DNA of 64,000 nt. It comes from Nitrospirota bacterium. Its GTDB lineage: Bacteria; Nitrospirota; UBA9217. Positions 28,696-38,918 of the stretch are shown here, piece after piece; positions within the stretch are counted from its first letter, which is position 1; each line of letters starts with the position of its first letter. The position numbers and the translations under genes are program-made. Where the stretch lies: contig CAWCKW010000012.1 in assembly GCA_963796285.1 (NCBI GenBank), forward strand, positions 960,001-1,024,000, written 5' to 3'. Under the pieces are notes generated by a model. The model was not told the DNA's origin, made no database searches, and worked only from the letters and a program-made list of their open reading frames with translations.

Positions 28696-29307
28696 ATGTC
28701 AGAACCGTGCTGCAGTATCCGCGTCGGCCAGGCCGTGCCCGATTTCAAGCTCGATACCTACGACCCATCCCAGGGTGATTTTGGCGAGATCACCCTCTCC
28801 TCCCAGAAAGCCGCAAAGAAGTGGACCATCCTTTTCTTCTACCCTGCGGACTTTACGTTCGTTTGCGCGACCGAGTTCGCCGCCCTGGCCGAGCAGTATG
28901 AGGAATTCAAAAAACTCGGGGCAGAGGTCATTACCGTAAGCACTGACACCAAATTCGTCCACCTCGCCTGGCAGCGGGACGAGAAGATGCTCGAGAAGGC
29001 CAAATATCCCATGGGGTCCGACCGGACCGGCTCGCTCGCCCGCATCTTTGGCGTCTACGACGAAGCTTCGGGCAACGCGCTCCGTGGCTCATTCATCATT
29101 AATCCCGAAGGCACCCTTCTCAATGCTGAAGTGAATTTCTACAATTTAGGCAGGAATATGGAAGAACTGCTCCGCAAGTTCAGGGCGAATATCCATCTCG
29201 CTTCGAACCCGAGCGAGGTCTGCCCTGCCCAGTGGAAAAAGGAAGGCGACAAAACCCTGAAACCGTCCGCCCGGATCGTTGGAAAGATCTATGAGGCCCT
29301 GAAATAA
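28696..29307 (+). CDS. ahpC: 2-Cys peroxiredoxin (AhpC family)
   Basis: FYPADFTFVCATE, GRN, EVCPAQW. Confidence 0.9.
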   Translation: MSEPCCSIRVGQAVPDFKLDTYDPSQGDFGEITLSSQKAAKKWTILFFYPADFTFVCATEFAALAEQYEEFKKLGAEVITVSTDTKFVHLAWQRDEKMLEKAKYPMGSDRTGSLARIFGVYDEASGNALRGSFIINPEGTLLNAEVNFYNLGRNMEELLRKFRANIHLASNPSEVCPAQWKKEGDKTLKPSARIVGKIYEALK

Positions 29308-29311
29308 CGCC

Positions 29312-29713
29312 ATGTTGGTGACCAGAGAGACAGATTACGCGGTACGCACGGCCCTGTATTTGGCCCAACAGGACGGCCGAATGGTGAGCGTTACGGAAAT
29401 AGCGCATGCGATGCACATCCCGAAAAGCTTTCTAGCCAAACTCCTGCAGCGGCTGGTGCGAAGCCATATACTGGCATCCTCGCGCGGGGCCAAAGGCGGT
29501 TTTCTGCTCGCACGGAAGCCATCCGAAATAAGCCTCCTTTCCATCATGGAAGCGATGCAGGGGCCTGCCGGTATCAACGTCTGCGCGATCGACAGCAAAA
29601 GGTGCCGATTGAGCTCTACTTGTGCCGTACACCCGGTTTGGGTTGAAATCCGAAAGGATGTCGAGAAACGGCTCAAGAGGGAAACGATCGGCAAGCTGGC
29701 CGGAGTGCGTTGA
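29312..29713 (+). CDS. Rrf2-family transcriptional regulator with three Cys
   Basis: TDYAVR, SSRGAKGGF.LA, C-x6-C-x5-C. Confidence 0.92.
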   Translation: MLVTRETDYAVRTALYLAQQDGRMVSVTEIAHAMHIPKSFLAKLLQRLVRSHILASSRGAKGGFLLARKPSEISLLSIMEAMQGPAGINVCAIDSKRCRLSSTCAVHPVWVEIRKDVEKRLKRETIGKLAGVR

Positions 29714-29801
29714 CCGTACCGACTATTTTTTTCGTTTAAGATTAGGACCATCTCACTCATATACTTATGGTACGTATCTTTTTACAAGGAGGACTATTAC
29801 T

Positions 29802-31151
29802 ATGGATGTGGTAACACTCAGCAGACTGCAGTTTGCCCTCACGAGCATGTTTCACTGGATCTTTGTACCGCTCACGCTGGGGCTCTCGATCATGACGGCC
29901 TACATGGAAACACGGTACGTGATGAGCGGCGACGAGATGTATCTCAGGATGACGAAATTCTGGGGCAAGCTGTTCCTCATCAATTTCGCCCTCGGTATCG
30001 TAACGGGCATTACCCTGGAGTTCCAGTTCGGCATGAACTGGGCAGAATATTCCAAGTACGTGGGCGATATTTTCGGCGCGCCCCTTGCCATCGAAGCAAC
30101 CATGGCCTTCTTTCTCGAATCGGTGTTCATCGGCCTCTGGATCTTCGGATGGAACAAGATTTCGAAAAAGGCCCATGCCGTCTCCATCTGGCTCGTGGCC
30201 CTGGCAACGAACCTCTCCGCGCTCTGGATCCTGCTGGCGAACGGTTGGATGCAGCATCCGGTGGGATACGTGCTCCGGAACAACCGCGCGGAGATGGTGG
30301 ATTTTGGCGCCTTTCTTACAAACCCTTACGGCTGGCTCAAATTCGGGCACACGCTCACCTCGGGCTACGTTGTGGCCGCGTTCTTCGTCATGGGCGTATC
30401 GGCCTATCACCTGTTAAAAAAGAACCAACCGGAGTTCTTTAAACGGTCCTTCACCATAGCAGCGATCTTCGGCCTGGCAGCGACCATCGCCGTTGCGGCG
30501 ATCGGCGATTTCCATGCAGTGGAGGTCGCTAAAACGCAGCCGGCCAAGTTTGCCGCCATGGAATCGCTCTGGGAGACCCAGAAAAACGTGGGATACAATC
30601 TCTTTATCATCCCGGACACGGAAAATGAATGCAACTCGCTGGAAGGCCCCTGCGTGCCAAATATGCTGAGCTACCTTGCCTTCCATACCGCTGATGCCGA
30701 GATCAAGGGCCTGAAGGCCTTCCCGAAAGAAGACCGTCCGCCGGTGCTGCCCACCTTCTGGAGCTTCAAGATCATGCTCCTGCTCGGCTTTGCCATGCTC
30801 TTTCTGTCGCTCCTGGCGGTCGTCTACGCAAAGCGGGGAACGCTGGAGCTCCATCCCCTGTTCCTGACGATCATGCTCTTCTCTATTCCCCTGCCCTACA
30901 TCGCGGGGCAGCTCGGCTGGATCGTTGCCGAGGTGGGGAGACAGCCCTGGATTGTTTACGGGGTCATGAGGACCACCCATGCAGTATCGCAGTCCATCAG
31001 TCCGCTGCAGGTCTACGCGTCGCTTCTGGGCTTTACCCTGCTCTACGGAGGGCTTGGCGTGGTCGATATGTACCTGCTGTCGAAGTTCGCGAAAAAGGGT
31101 CCTGACAAAGATCGTTCCGGTTTCATGAAACCGGCGAAGGAGGAGGCATAA
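29802..31151 (+). CDS. cydA: Cytochrome bd ubiquinol oxidase subunit I
   Basis: LSRLQFA, QPAKFAAME, EVGRQPW. Confidence 0.96.
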   Translation: MDVVTLSRLQFALTSMFHWIFVPLTLGLSIMTAYMETRYVMSGDEMYLRMTKFWGKLFLINFALGIVTGITLEFQFGMNWAEYSKYVGDIFGAPLAIEATMAFFLESVFIGLWIFGWNKISKKAHAVSIWLVALATNLSALWILLANGWMQHPVGYVLRNNRAEMVDFGAFLTNPYGWLKFGHTLTSGYVVAAFFVMGVSAYHLLKKNQPEFFKRSFTIAAIFGLAATIAVAAIGDFHAVEVAKTQPAKFAAMESLWETQKNVGYNLFIIPDTENECNSLEGPCVPNMLSYLAFHTADAEIKGLKAFPKEDRPPVLPTFWSFKIMLLLGFAMLFLSLLAVVYAKRGTLELHPLFLTIMLFSIPLPYIAGQLGWIVAEVGRQPWIVYGVMRTTHAVSQSISPLQVYASLLGFTLLYGGLGVVDMYLLSKFAKKGPDKDRSGFMKPAKEEA

Positions 31152-31152
31152 C

Positions 31153-32181
31153 ATGGAATTCCAAGTAACGTGGTTCATTCTCTGGGCGGTCCTGTGGGCA
31201 GTGTACTTCATGCTCGACGGCTTCGTGCTCGGCACGGGCATGCTGCACTATTTCCTTACGCGGAACGATCGCGAAAAAAAGGTCCTGATCAACACCGTCG
31301 GCCCGGTCTGGGATGGGAACGAGGTCTGGCTCGTGACCGCAGGCGGAGCAACCTTTGCCGCTTTCCCGAAGACCTATGCGTTGATGTTCAGTTATCTCTA
31401 CTCTGCTCTGCTGCTCCTGCTCTTCGGTCTCATTATCCGCGGAGTTTCCCTGGAATTCCGCGGCAAGATAAACAGCAACGGATGGAAAAAAGCATGGGAC
31501 CTGGGGATCTTCCTTGGCAGCGTACTTCCCGCGCTCCTGTTCGGCGTGGCCTTCGGCAACATATTCAGCGGCCTGCCCATGGACGCGGCCGGCTACCATG
31601 GTTCGATTCTTTCGCTGCTGAATCCCTACGGTTTGTTGACCGGCGCCTTGTTCGTCGTGATGTTCCTGACCCACGGCAGCCTGTACGCATGCGTAAAGAC
31701 CGAGGGTGAGCTCAGTCTCCGTTCATCGGTCACAGCGAACAGACTGTGGTTCGCAGAGCTGATCATTGCCGTCCTGTTCCTCGTCGCCACGGCCTTTTCC
31801 ACCAGGCTCTACGATAATTATCTGAGCACACCGCTGCTCCTCGCCGTACCGCTCCTTGCCGTGGCCGCGCTCGTCGGCATCAAGGTCTTCCTTGCCAAAG
31901 GAAGCCCCCTGATGGCCTTTGCCTCGTCGTGCCTGACCATCCTGATGGTGGTGTTCACCGGCGTAGTCGGGCTTTTCCCGAACCTGATCCCGTCCAGCAT
32001 CGACACGGCTTACAGCCTGACGATATCCAATTCCTCTTCAAGTGCGTACACCCTGAAGATCATGACCGTGGTCGCGTTCATCTTTGTCCCCATCGTTATC
32101 GCTTACAAGATCTGGGTCTACCGCATCTTCCGCTCGACGGTGACGGATGATGTAGTGGCAGAGAACGAGCAGATGTATTGA
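31153..32181 (+). CDS. cydB: Cytochrome bd ubiquinol oxidase subunit II
   Basis: LDGF..G.G, PVWDGNEVWL, RGVSLEFR. Confidence 0.96.
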   Translation: MEFQVTWFILWAVLWAVYFMLDGFVLGTGMLHYFLTRNDREKKVLINTVGPVWDGNEVWLVTAGGATFAAFPKTYALMFSYLYSALLLLLFGLIIRGVSLEFRGKINSNGWKKAWDLGIFLGSVLPALLFGVAFGNIFSGLPMDAAGYHGSILSLLNPYGLLTGALFVVMFLTHGSLYACVKTEGELSLRSSVTANRLWFAELIIAVLFLVATAFSTRLYDNYLSTPLLLAVPLLAVAALVGIKVFLAKGSPLMAFASSCLTILMVVFTGVVGLFPNLIPSSIDTAYSLTISNSSSSAYTLKIMTVVAFIFVPIVIAYKIWVYRIFRSTVTDDVVAENEQMY

Positions 32182-32328
32182 TCGCGTATCATCGACAAGG
32201 CTTACTTTCATGAGGGAAATTCGCTGGAGTATTTTTACATCAATGGTGCGGGAGAACAGCCCCTGATCTTGACGTTCAAGCGGACCAGTTGATCAGCCCG
32301 CTGAGATACGAGCGGGATGTCAACGCTG

Positions 32329-32874
32329 TTACAACCAGTATTCAGGATATTTTCTGTTCTTTGAAAGGTTGTTCACGATCAAGGCGACAATCAGCAGGAT
32401 GACCGCCCCTGCACCAGCAGGAACGAAGGCGTACAGATACCCGAGATTATGTATTTTGGCGCCGCCGATGACCGCGATCAACGCAGTCGCGCCGCCGGGC
32501 GGATGGAGCGTCTTGGTTGCAAGCATGGATACGATGGCAAGTGATACGGCCATGGCAGTCGCCAACCACAGAGTCCCTCCCAAGAGCTGCCAGCACGCCA
32601 CTCCTACCAGACCGGAGATGACGTGACCGCCGATCAGGTTCCTCGGCTGCGCCAGAGGGCTTTTGATCGCACTGTACACGAGCACTGCTGAGGCACCGAA
32701 CGAGCCGATGAGGAGCGTCAAATCCCTGGGTTCGAAGAATTTCGCGGACAGAAAAGCGCAGAGCCCGATACCGATCATTGCTCCGAACCACGACCAGAAG
32801 AGTTCCGGACCCCCTACTCCCGGCGGGCTCTTGGCCCCACCCTTCATTTTTGACAGATATTCCAATATGGTCAT
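32329..32874 (-). CDS. HPP family membrane protein
   Basis: FGASAVL, SPLAQPRN, TLHPPGGA, YPEYW. Confidence 0.93.
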   Translation of the reverse strand: MTILEYLSKMKGGAKSPPGVGGPELFWSWFGAMIGIGLCAFLSAKFFEPRDLTLLIGSFGASAVLVYSAIKSPLAQPRNLIGGHVISGLVGVACWQLLGGTLWLATAMAVSLAIVSMLATKTLHPPGGATALIAVIGGAKIHNLGYLYAFVPAGAGAVILLIVALIVNNLSKNRKYPEYWL

Positions 32875-32890
32875 AGGATCTCATAAAAAA

Positions 32891-32914
32891 ACGCAGGTTG
32901 AAGCCTGCGCCTGC
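32891..32914 (-). repeat. REP copy, related to 11917-11940
   Basis: ACGCAGGTTGAAGCCTGCGCCTGC, 21/24 identical. Confidence 0.6.
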
Positions 32915-32947
32915 CGCGATGTACCATTACGCCTCGCAAAGACCACC

Positions 32948-33535
32948 TCACGTCTTTTTACTGATTATCTTCACAATATCAGCACGGGAAACGATCCCGA
33001 TGAGCTTCCCGTCCGTATCGACCACGGGAAGCCGCTTGATCCTTTTTTCGTCGAGGATGTTCGCTACGTCCGCGATATCGTCATCGGCCATGCTGGTGAT
33101 CGGCGGAAAGCTCATGACATCCTCCACCTTGTTCCCACCCGTCCGGGCAGACACCGGTTCGCCGAGGATATGGCGCACAATATCTTTGAAGACGTGTTCC
33201 TTTTTCATGCCCGCGAGCATCAGGAGGTCCGCTTCGCTGATAACACCGATAACGCGGTTGTTGCCGTCGATGACCGGCATGCCGCTGATCCTGTTCTCAG
33301 ACAGGATCCGCGCCGCTTCATGGAGGTCGGCATCCTTTTTTACGAAAACGACGTTCTTCGTCATTAGGTCTTTCACCGGTACCCGTGAGTCGAGCCTAGC
33401 CTGCGCATGATGGAGCGCGAGCTCGTAGATCTTTTTGAGGTCCTCCTCGGTAATATCCACATAGGTCTTCATCTTCCTGAGTGCATCCCTCAGGTCTTCC
33501 AGGACAACAGTAGGACACGTCTCTTTGTTTGTCAT
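32948..33535 (-). CDS. CBS-pair protein (HPP-associated N-terminus)
   Basis: YVDITEEDL; ISGMPVID; IKRLPVVD...GIVSRADI. Confidence 0.9.
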   Translation of the reverse strand: MTNKETCPTVVLEDLRDALRKMKTYVDITEEDLKKIYELALHHAQARLDSRVPVKDLMTKNVVFVKKDADLHEAARILSENRISGMPVIDGNNRVIGVISEADLLMLAGMKKEHVFKDIVRHILGEPVSARTGGNKVEDVMSFPPITSMADDDIADVANILDEKRIKRLPVVDTDGKLIGIVSRADIVKIISKKT

Positions 33536-33570
33536 AATCCTCCCCGCAAGAGTTCTGTAGACTTGATGGT

Positions 33571-33613
33571 ATTGTAGAATAGGGCCTCGGGAAATGGTAT
33601 GATGCAGGTCATA
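33571..33613 (-). promoter_or_regulatory. Crp/Fnr-type site TATGAC-CTGC-ATCATA plus -10 TACAAT
   Basis: Minus strand, 21-nt spacing to TACAAT, upstream of CBS-HPP. Confidence 0.65.
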
Positions 33614-33615
33614 TG

Positions 33616-34512
33616 CTATTTCTCCTTACTCTCTGTCCTGACAACAAGCCAGTAGACAAAACCAATGACCAGGATGGCCGCAATGAGGTAATAGATCAGC
33701 TCAGGTTTCTCGTGTTTGAGCGTGGCGATCATGGTCTCCCGGATCATGGTCACCAGCGCGACACCCACGAAAACGCTGATATGGAATTTTCCGCCCTTCA
33801 GATGCGAAATTTCCGTGTTCATGAGCTCGATCATGAGCCAGAGCAGCAGCATGGAACCGAGTGCCGAGACAATGCCCTGTTCCACGTTGCCGGACAGAAG
33901 GTGCATCACGTCCTGCACGAAAAGCCAGACAACGCCTACTGTCAAACCGATAAGGGCAAGGACAAGCAGGAGATTCGTGGCCTGTGAGAACCGCTCGGAA
34001 AAGTTGATAAGCACGCTCTTCACTTTATAGACCGGCGAATAGATGCGCATTTCCTCCTCAATATATGCGGTGGTAATAACGTCCAGGCTTATATCGAGTA
34101 TCTTGCCGATCGTGATGATCTTATTGGTTGCTTCAGTCTTGTCCTCCTCGGTCTTCTGGATTATGTCGATGCAGGAATTCTTGACGAGGTTCACCGCCCG
34201 GTTCATATAATGGGCGTCTACCTTGTACTTGACATGCGTTGCTCCGATGCGCATGAGTTTCTCGTAAAACCGGGTATCGTAGGTTCCGGAAAAGAGTTCG
34301 AGAAACCACACCTTCTGGGCGCTGAAGACGTGCTTCTTCCGGGACTCATCGTCAAAGAACTGTGCCGCGCCCCTGGTCCCCATGATCCAGAGTCCAAGCG
34401 TGTTCATGACCTCCTCGCCGCGCTCTTCCATAAGGTGGCGCAACGCAGCAAGCCGTATTTCGTCATCCCGGGTGAATCGGTAATTATCCTTGATCTCTTT
34501 GAATGAGCGCAC
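33616..34512 (-). CDS. Protoglobin/globin-sensor domain fused to a PsiE-like membrane domain
   Basis: WFLELFSG.YD......RIG.THV globin segment; four C-terminal TM segments with LLLWLMIEL and IRE. Confidence 0.75.
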   Translation of the reverse strand: MRSFKEIKDNYRFTRDDEIRLAALRHLMEERGEEVMNTLGLWIMGTRGAAQFFDDESRKKHVFSAQKVWFLELFSGTYDTRFYEKLMRIGATHVKYKVDAHYMNRAVNLVKNSCIDIIQKTEEDKTEATNKIITIGKILDISLDVITTAYIEEEMRIYSPVYKVKSVLINFSERFSQATNLLLVLALIGLTVGVVWLFVQDVMHLLSGNVEQGIVSALGSMLLLWLMIELMNTEISHLKGGKFHISVFVGVALVTMIRETMIATLKHEKPELIYYLIAAILVIGFVYWLVVRTESKEK

Positions 34513-34645
34513 TATTACACATCCTCCCGGCTTTTCGAATGGTCATTTCATGGCGTACTATCGCTACAATCGTTTATTGACGCTCCTTTTATCAGCAACG
34601 GCGTATTACGATCACACCGCGTTGCAATGGCCGTTATCATGGTCT

Positions 34646-34834
34646 TCAATCGCTCCAACTAATGGCCTGCACCGGGCAGTCTTCAATTGCCTTCTCACAA
34701 TTGCACGTATCGCACTTATCGGGTCCGATCACCTGCGACTTTTCATTTACCAGTTCAAATACTTTCGGACAGACCTCTGCGCAGTTGCCGCATCCGATAC
34801 AGGTTTCCTCATCCACTACCGGCGCTTTTGCCAT
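34646..34834 (-). CDS. Single-cluster ferredoxin
   Basis: CIGCGNCAEVCP...AIEDCPVQAI. Confidence 0.9.
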   Translation of the reverse strand: MAKAPVVDEETCIGCGNCAEVCPKVFELVNEKSQVIGPDKCDTCNCEKAIEDCPVQAISWSD

Positions 34835-34847
34835 CAAAGTTCCTTCT

Positions 34848-35099
34848 TCATATCAATTCAAAGTTCTTGATGAACTGCGCGACCTGAACTCCGAGATAAA
34901 CGCATTTGATGCCTTCCATACACTCGTCAGCATCCTTTTTTTCAAGATGCGTCGTTAGTTCTTTGGCGCCTTTCTTGAATTTTACTACATAGGCGTTCTT
35001 CACCTTGTTAAATTCAAGACCGGCATCAATGCCGTATTTCCGGATCTCAGGATACATATCGATTATCTTGTTCTTTAAAGCATCGTTTGTGTAGCTCAT
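34848..35099 (-). CDS. Conserved small hypothetical protein
   Basis: AAAGGAG ribosome-binding site; MYPEI...L.THL...DADEC..G.KCVYLG. Confidence 0.65.
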   Translation of the reverse strand: MSYTNDALKNKIIDMYPEIRKYGIDAGLEFNKVKNAYVVKFKKGAKELTTHLEKKDADECMEGIKCVYLGVQVAQFIKNFELI

Positions 35100-35166
35100 G
35101 GCATCTCCTTTCCCGGCAGGAACATCTTCCCCGCCTATCGACAACCTGTTTCCCCTTTGAAAGAAA

Positions 35167-37629
35167 CTACCCGCTCTTTACCGCTGATAGGTAAATATTA
35201 AAGGTCGTCCCCTCTCCGGGCTGTGAATCCACCGTAATCAGCCCGTCATGTCTTTTGATAACGGAATAGCAGACTGCGAGACCGAGCCCCAACCCTTTCT
35301 GGCTATAGGTGTCCTTCGTGGAATAATAGGGGTCGAATATCTTCGACATATTTTCAGCGGGAATTCCGGCGCCGGTGTCCTGGACCGATATCTTCAAGTA
35401 GTCTCCCTCCCGCATCGGAATATTGTCTTGCGCGGTAATATGCAGATTCTCACCGCGAACGGTCAATGTTCCCCCCTGGGGCATTGCCTCTTTCGCATTG
35501 ATGATGAGATTAATGATGACCTGCTTCATCTGCCCTTCATCAATAGCAACACGATAAAGATCATCCGGCATAGTTAACACCGTTTTAATGGTCGAATCTT
35601 TCATTAGAAGGGCAACCGTGCTCTTGATCAATTCCGACAGGGATGCTGATTTTTTCAACGGTTCTCCGCCGGTGGCGAAGGTGATCAGGCGCGTGCTGAG
35701 CTCACCCGCGATGCCGCAGACATTTTCCGCGTCATCGAGTCTGCTGTACGCTTTACCATCAGGCTGCACGGACAGTTTTGCGACTGCGATATTTCCGACG
35801 ATCACATTTAGAAGGTTGTTAAAATCATGGGCGATTCCACCCGCTAGGATGCCGATAGACTCGAGCATGTGCCCCCTGAGGCGCTCCTCCTCCGCCTTTT
35901 TTCTGTCCGTAAGGTCCACCATGATCGACGCATAGTTTTTGACATTCTCCGTTCTGTCTTTTATTGCTACCGCGGTCATTTCCACCGGGATCCTTCTGCC
36001 GTCCTTGGTAAGACGGACCGATTCATATCCTGAAAAGTATCCATCGGTATTCAATAACGTCAGGCAGTGGGTTAATTCCGGTTGCGCGATCTCTTCCGGG
36101 ATCACGGATGTTATCGGTTTCCCGATGATCTCGTCAGCCGTATACCCGAGAAGTTTCTCCGCGCTGCTGTTCCAGGCCACGAGGTTGCCCTGGAGATCGA
36201 TGGCGCAGACAGCAGCGGGAAGGTTCTGGATTATGGCCGCAAGGAACCGTATTTCATCTTCCGCTTTTTTCCGTTCCGTAATGTCCTCGTAAATGCCCAT
36301 TGCTGCCGTGATTGCGCCTTCAGCATTACGCAATGGCGCCGTTGAAAGAGCAATATCGATCCTTACCCCATCTCTTCTCATACGCTGCGTCTCTATTGAT
36401 TTGAACGCGCTCCCCTCGAAATTCATCTTAAGGAACTTCCGGTACTCTTCCTGCCGGTCATCGGGAATTGTCGGGAGGGGCTTGTTAAGGACTTCCATCG
36501 CTGTCCAGCCAAAAACCTGCTCTGCCGACAGATTCCACAGTAGACACGTTCCCTTAGAGTCAATGATCGTGATCGGCAAAGGCGATGCATTGATCAGTGC
36601 ATGGAGTCTGTCGTTAATGCTCCTCAACTCTTCCTCTATCCGTTTGCGTTTCTTGATTTCATTACTTGCTTGCCGGTACAGGATGATGCTTATGAGCCCG
36701 ATAATGACACTCCCCATCAAGATTATCAGGCCGACATTCTTGAATTTCATACCGGAGGCTTGTTGGGAAAACAGGTCTTCATCATGCAGATAGATGATCT
36801 GCCAGCCCGGGTAAATTTCTGATCAAAGCGCGATGGAACATATACCGCTTACCGGTGAGATCAACAGCGTGTTGCTCATCCAATCTGTTCCATCCCGATC
36901 CACGGCAGCGGACCTATCCCGAACTGCTGTGAAGCCTCGATCTTGGACAGCGACTTCCGGAGGTGTTTTCCAGAGAACGTGATAAATCCATTCCGGAAGG
37001 GTTGATGCGAAAATAACTCCCTGCGGGTCCGCCAGCACCATTTCTCCATCAAATTTTGCAAAGATCTCTTTTTCTATGGCATCAATAGATTCTTTGATCA
37101 CCACGACGCCCGCGGGGACCGTTCGTCCCGTTACATATACCGGATAGCTGTAAAATACTCCTCGTTTTCCGGTAAACACGCCGAGAGCAGGATAAATACT
37201 CGGTGCTCCTCCCATGGCCAGCTTGAAATAGGGACGAAAAGCAAAGTTCTTCCCAATATAGCTCTCCGAAGTATTGCGATTTGATGAGGCAATAGTTGTT
37301 CCCGAACGATCAACCAAATAACAGATGTCAACTTCAAGGGCATGTTGAAAGTTGTCAAGGACCGCATTCGCCTCCTGAAGCGCATCAGGTCTGCCTGACT
37401 CAAGCGCTTTTTGCAGTTCTTTTATGCCTGCCAGCATGGCAGCGTGCTTTTGATCGCCGGACAGATAAAGGTCCAGCCGGTTCGTGATCTCATCTATTCT
37501 CGCATCGTTTTCTTTAGACAGCTCCAGGACAGCACTTTTCTTCATGGAATAGTAGTAGAGGTATCCGCCAAATGATGTCGTCAGGAAAGCAAGCAGTGCA
37601 AAGATGATGATAATAACGCGTATTTTCAT
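35167..37629 (-). CDS. Cache/PAS sensor histidine kinase, split by frameshifts near 36750-36950
   Basis: Cache segment (NFAFRPYF) in 36823-37629; two PAS domains, GIAHDFNN and GLGLGL in 35167-36750. Confidence 0.8.
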
Positions 37630-37737
37630 TTGGCCTCAAATTCTGGTTATAAATTATCCTGTTATAAGGTGCCAATTGACCGTGGCATATGAAAATATAG
37701 CATATATTTTGGTTAAATGCAGGGGCACGGAAGTTTA

Positions 37738-38856
37738 TTAACCGAGCCTTTTTTTAAACCGGAGCGAACTGAATATGAGGACGACCGCACCAAGAATGAA
37801 CAGCGAAAACATCTGCGGCCAGAGGATGCCGAAGCCGTTCCCTTTCAGGAAGATCCCGCGGATAATGACGAGGAAATACCTGAGGGGGTTGGCATACGTA
37901 AGGTATTGGAAGATGACCGGCATGTTCTCAATGGGAAACATGAACCCCGATAGGAGGATCGCGGGCATGTAGAAGAGGAACGAGGCCATGAGGGCCTGTT
38001 GCTGCGTTTTTGCGACAGTAGAGACGAACAGGCCGATACCGAGCACTGACAGCAGATAGATGGCGGTGGACAACGGAAGGAGCCATAAGGGGCCATTGAT
38101 CGGGATCCTGAACATGAGCACTCCCAAGACAGTTATGAGGATCATATCAAAAAAGGCGATGATGGCAAAGGGGATGGTTTTCCCGAGGATCAGTTCCACA
38201 GGCTTGAGCGGTGTGACCATGAGCTGCTCCATGGTCCCCATTTCCCGCTCTCGCACCACGGCCATGGAGGTCAGTAAAAGCGACGTCAGCATGATCACCA
38301 TGGCGATGACGCCGGGGACATTGTAATTCTTGCTTTTCAGTTCCGGATTGTACCACGCTCGCTGCCGCACGTCGACCCGGGCCGATGCACTCACGTCAGT
38401 TTCAGCCAGGTCCTGAGAGTATTTTTTGATGATCCTGCCCGCATAGTCCATTGCAACCGTCGTCGTGTTGGAATCCGTACCGTCGGCGATCACCTGGATC
38501 GATGCGGGGATCCCTTTTTTCAGGTCAGCGGAAAATCCACGGTTGATCTGGAGCGCCACGGACACCGTTGCCCGGTCCAGCAATTCCCGGACTGCACCGG
38601 GTGTTGCCGGTGTGGCCATGATGGTGAAGTATCCCGAGGACGCGAACCGTCCGACAAGTTCCCTGCTCTCAAGGGAATGGTCCAGGTCCATGACTGCGGT
38701 CGGGATATTGTTCACATCGGTCGTGACGGCAAAGCCGAAGACCAGGGTCTGGAGCACCGGCACAACGAACACGATGGCCTTCATCCGGTTATCCCTGAGG
38801 ATCTGGATGAACTCCTTGATCACCATCTGTTTTATGCGTTCCAGGCTCTTTTGCAT
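37738..38856 (-). CDS. ABC-2 exporter permease (YbhR-like)
   Basis: KEFIQILRD, REREMGTMEQL, LLSGFMFPI. Confidence 0.9.
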   Translation of the reverse strand: MQKSLERIKQMVIKEFIQILRDNRMKAIVFVVPVLQTLVFGFAVTTDVNNIPTAVMDLDHSLESRELVGRFASSGYFTIMATPATPGAVRELLDRATVSVALQINRGFSADLKKGIPASIQVIADGTDSNTTTVAMDYAGRIIKKYSQDLAETDVSASARVDVRQRAWYNPELKSKNYNVPGVIAMVIMLTSLLLTSMAVVREREMGTMEQLMVTPLKPVELILGKTIPFAIIAFFDMILITVLGVLMFRIPINGPLWLLPLSTAIYLLSVLGIGLFVSTVAKTQQQALMASFLFYMPAILLSGFMFPIENMPVIFQYLTYANPLRYFLVIIRGIFLKGNGFGILWPQMFSLFILGAVVLIFSSLRFKKRLG

Positions 38857-38918
38857 AATTTAGCTTAACACTCGTACGGTATGCTCTACACGTTGAATTT
38901 TGAATCTTGAACTATTCT

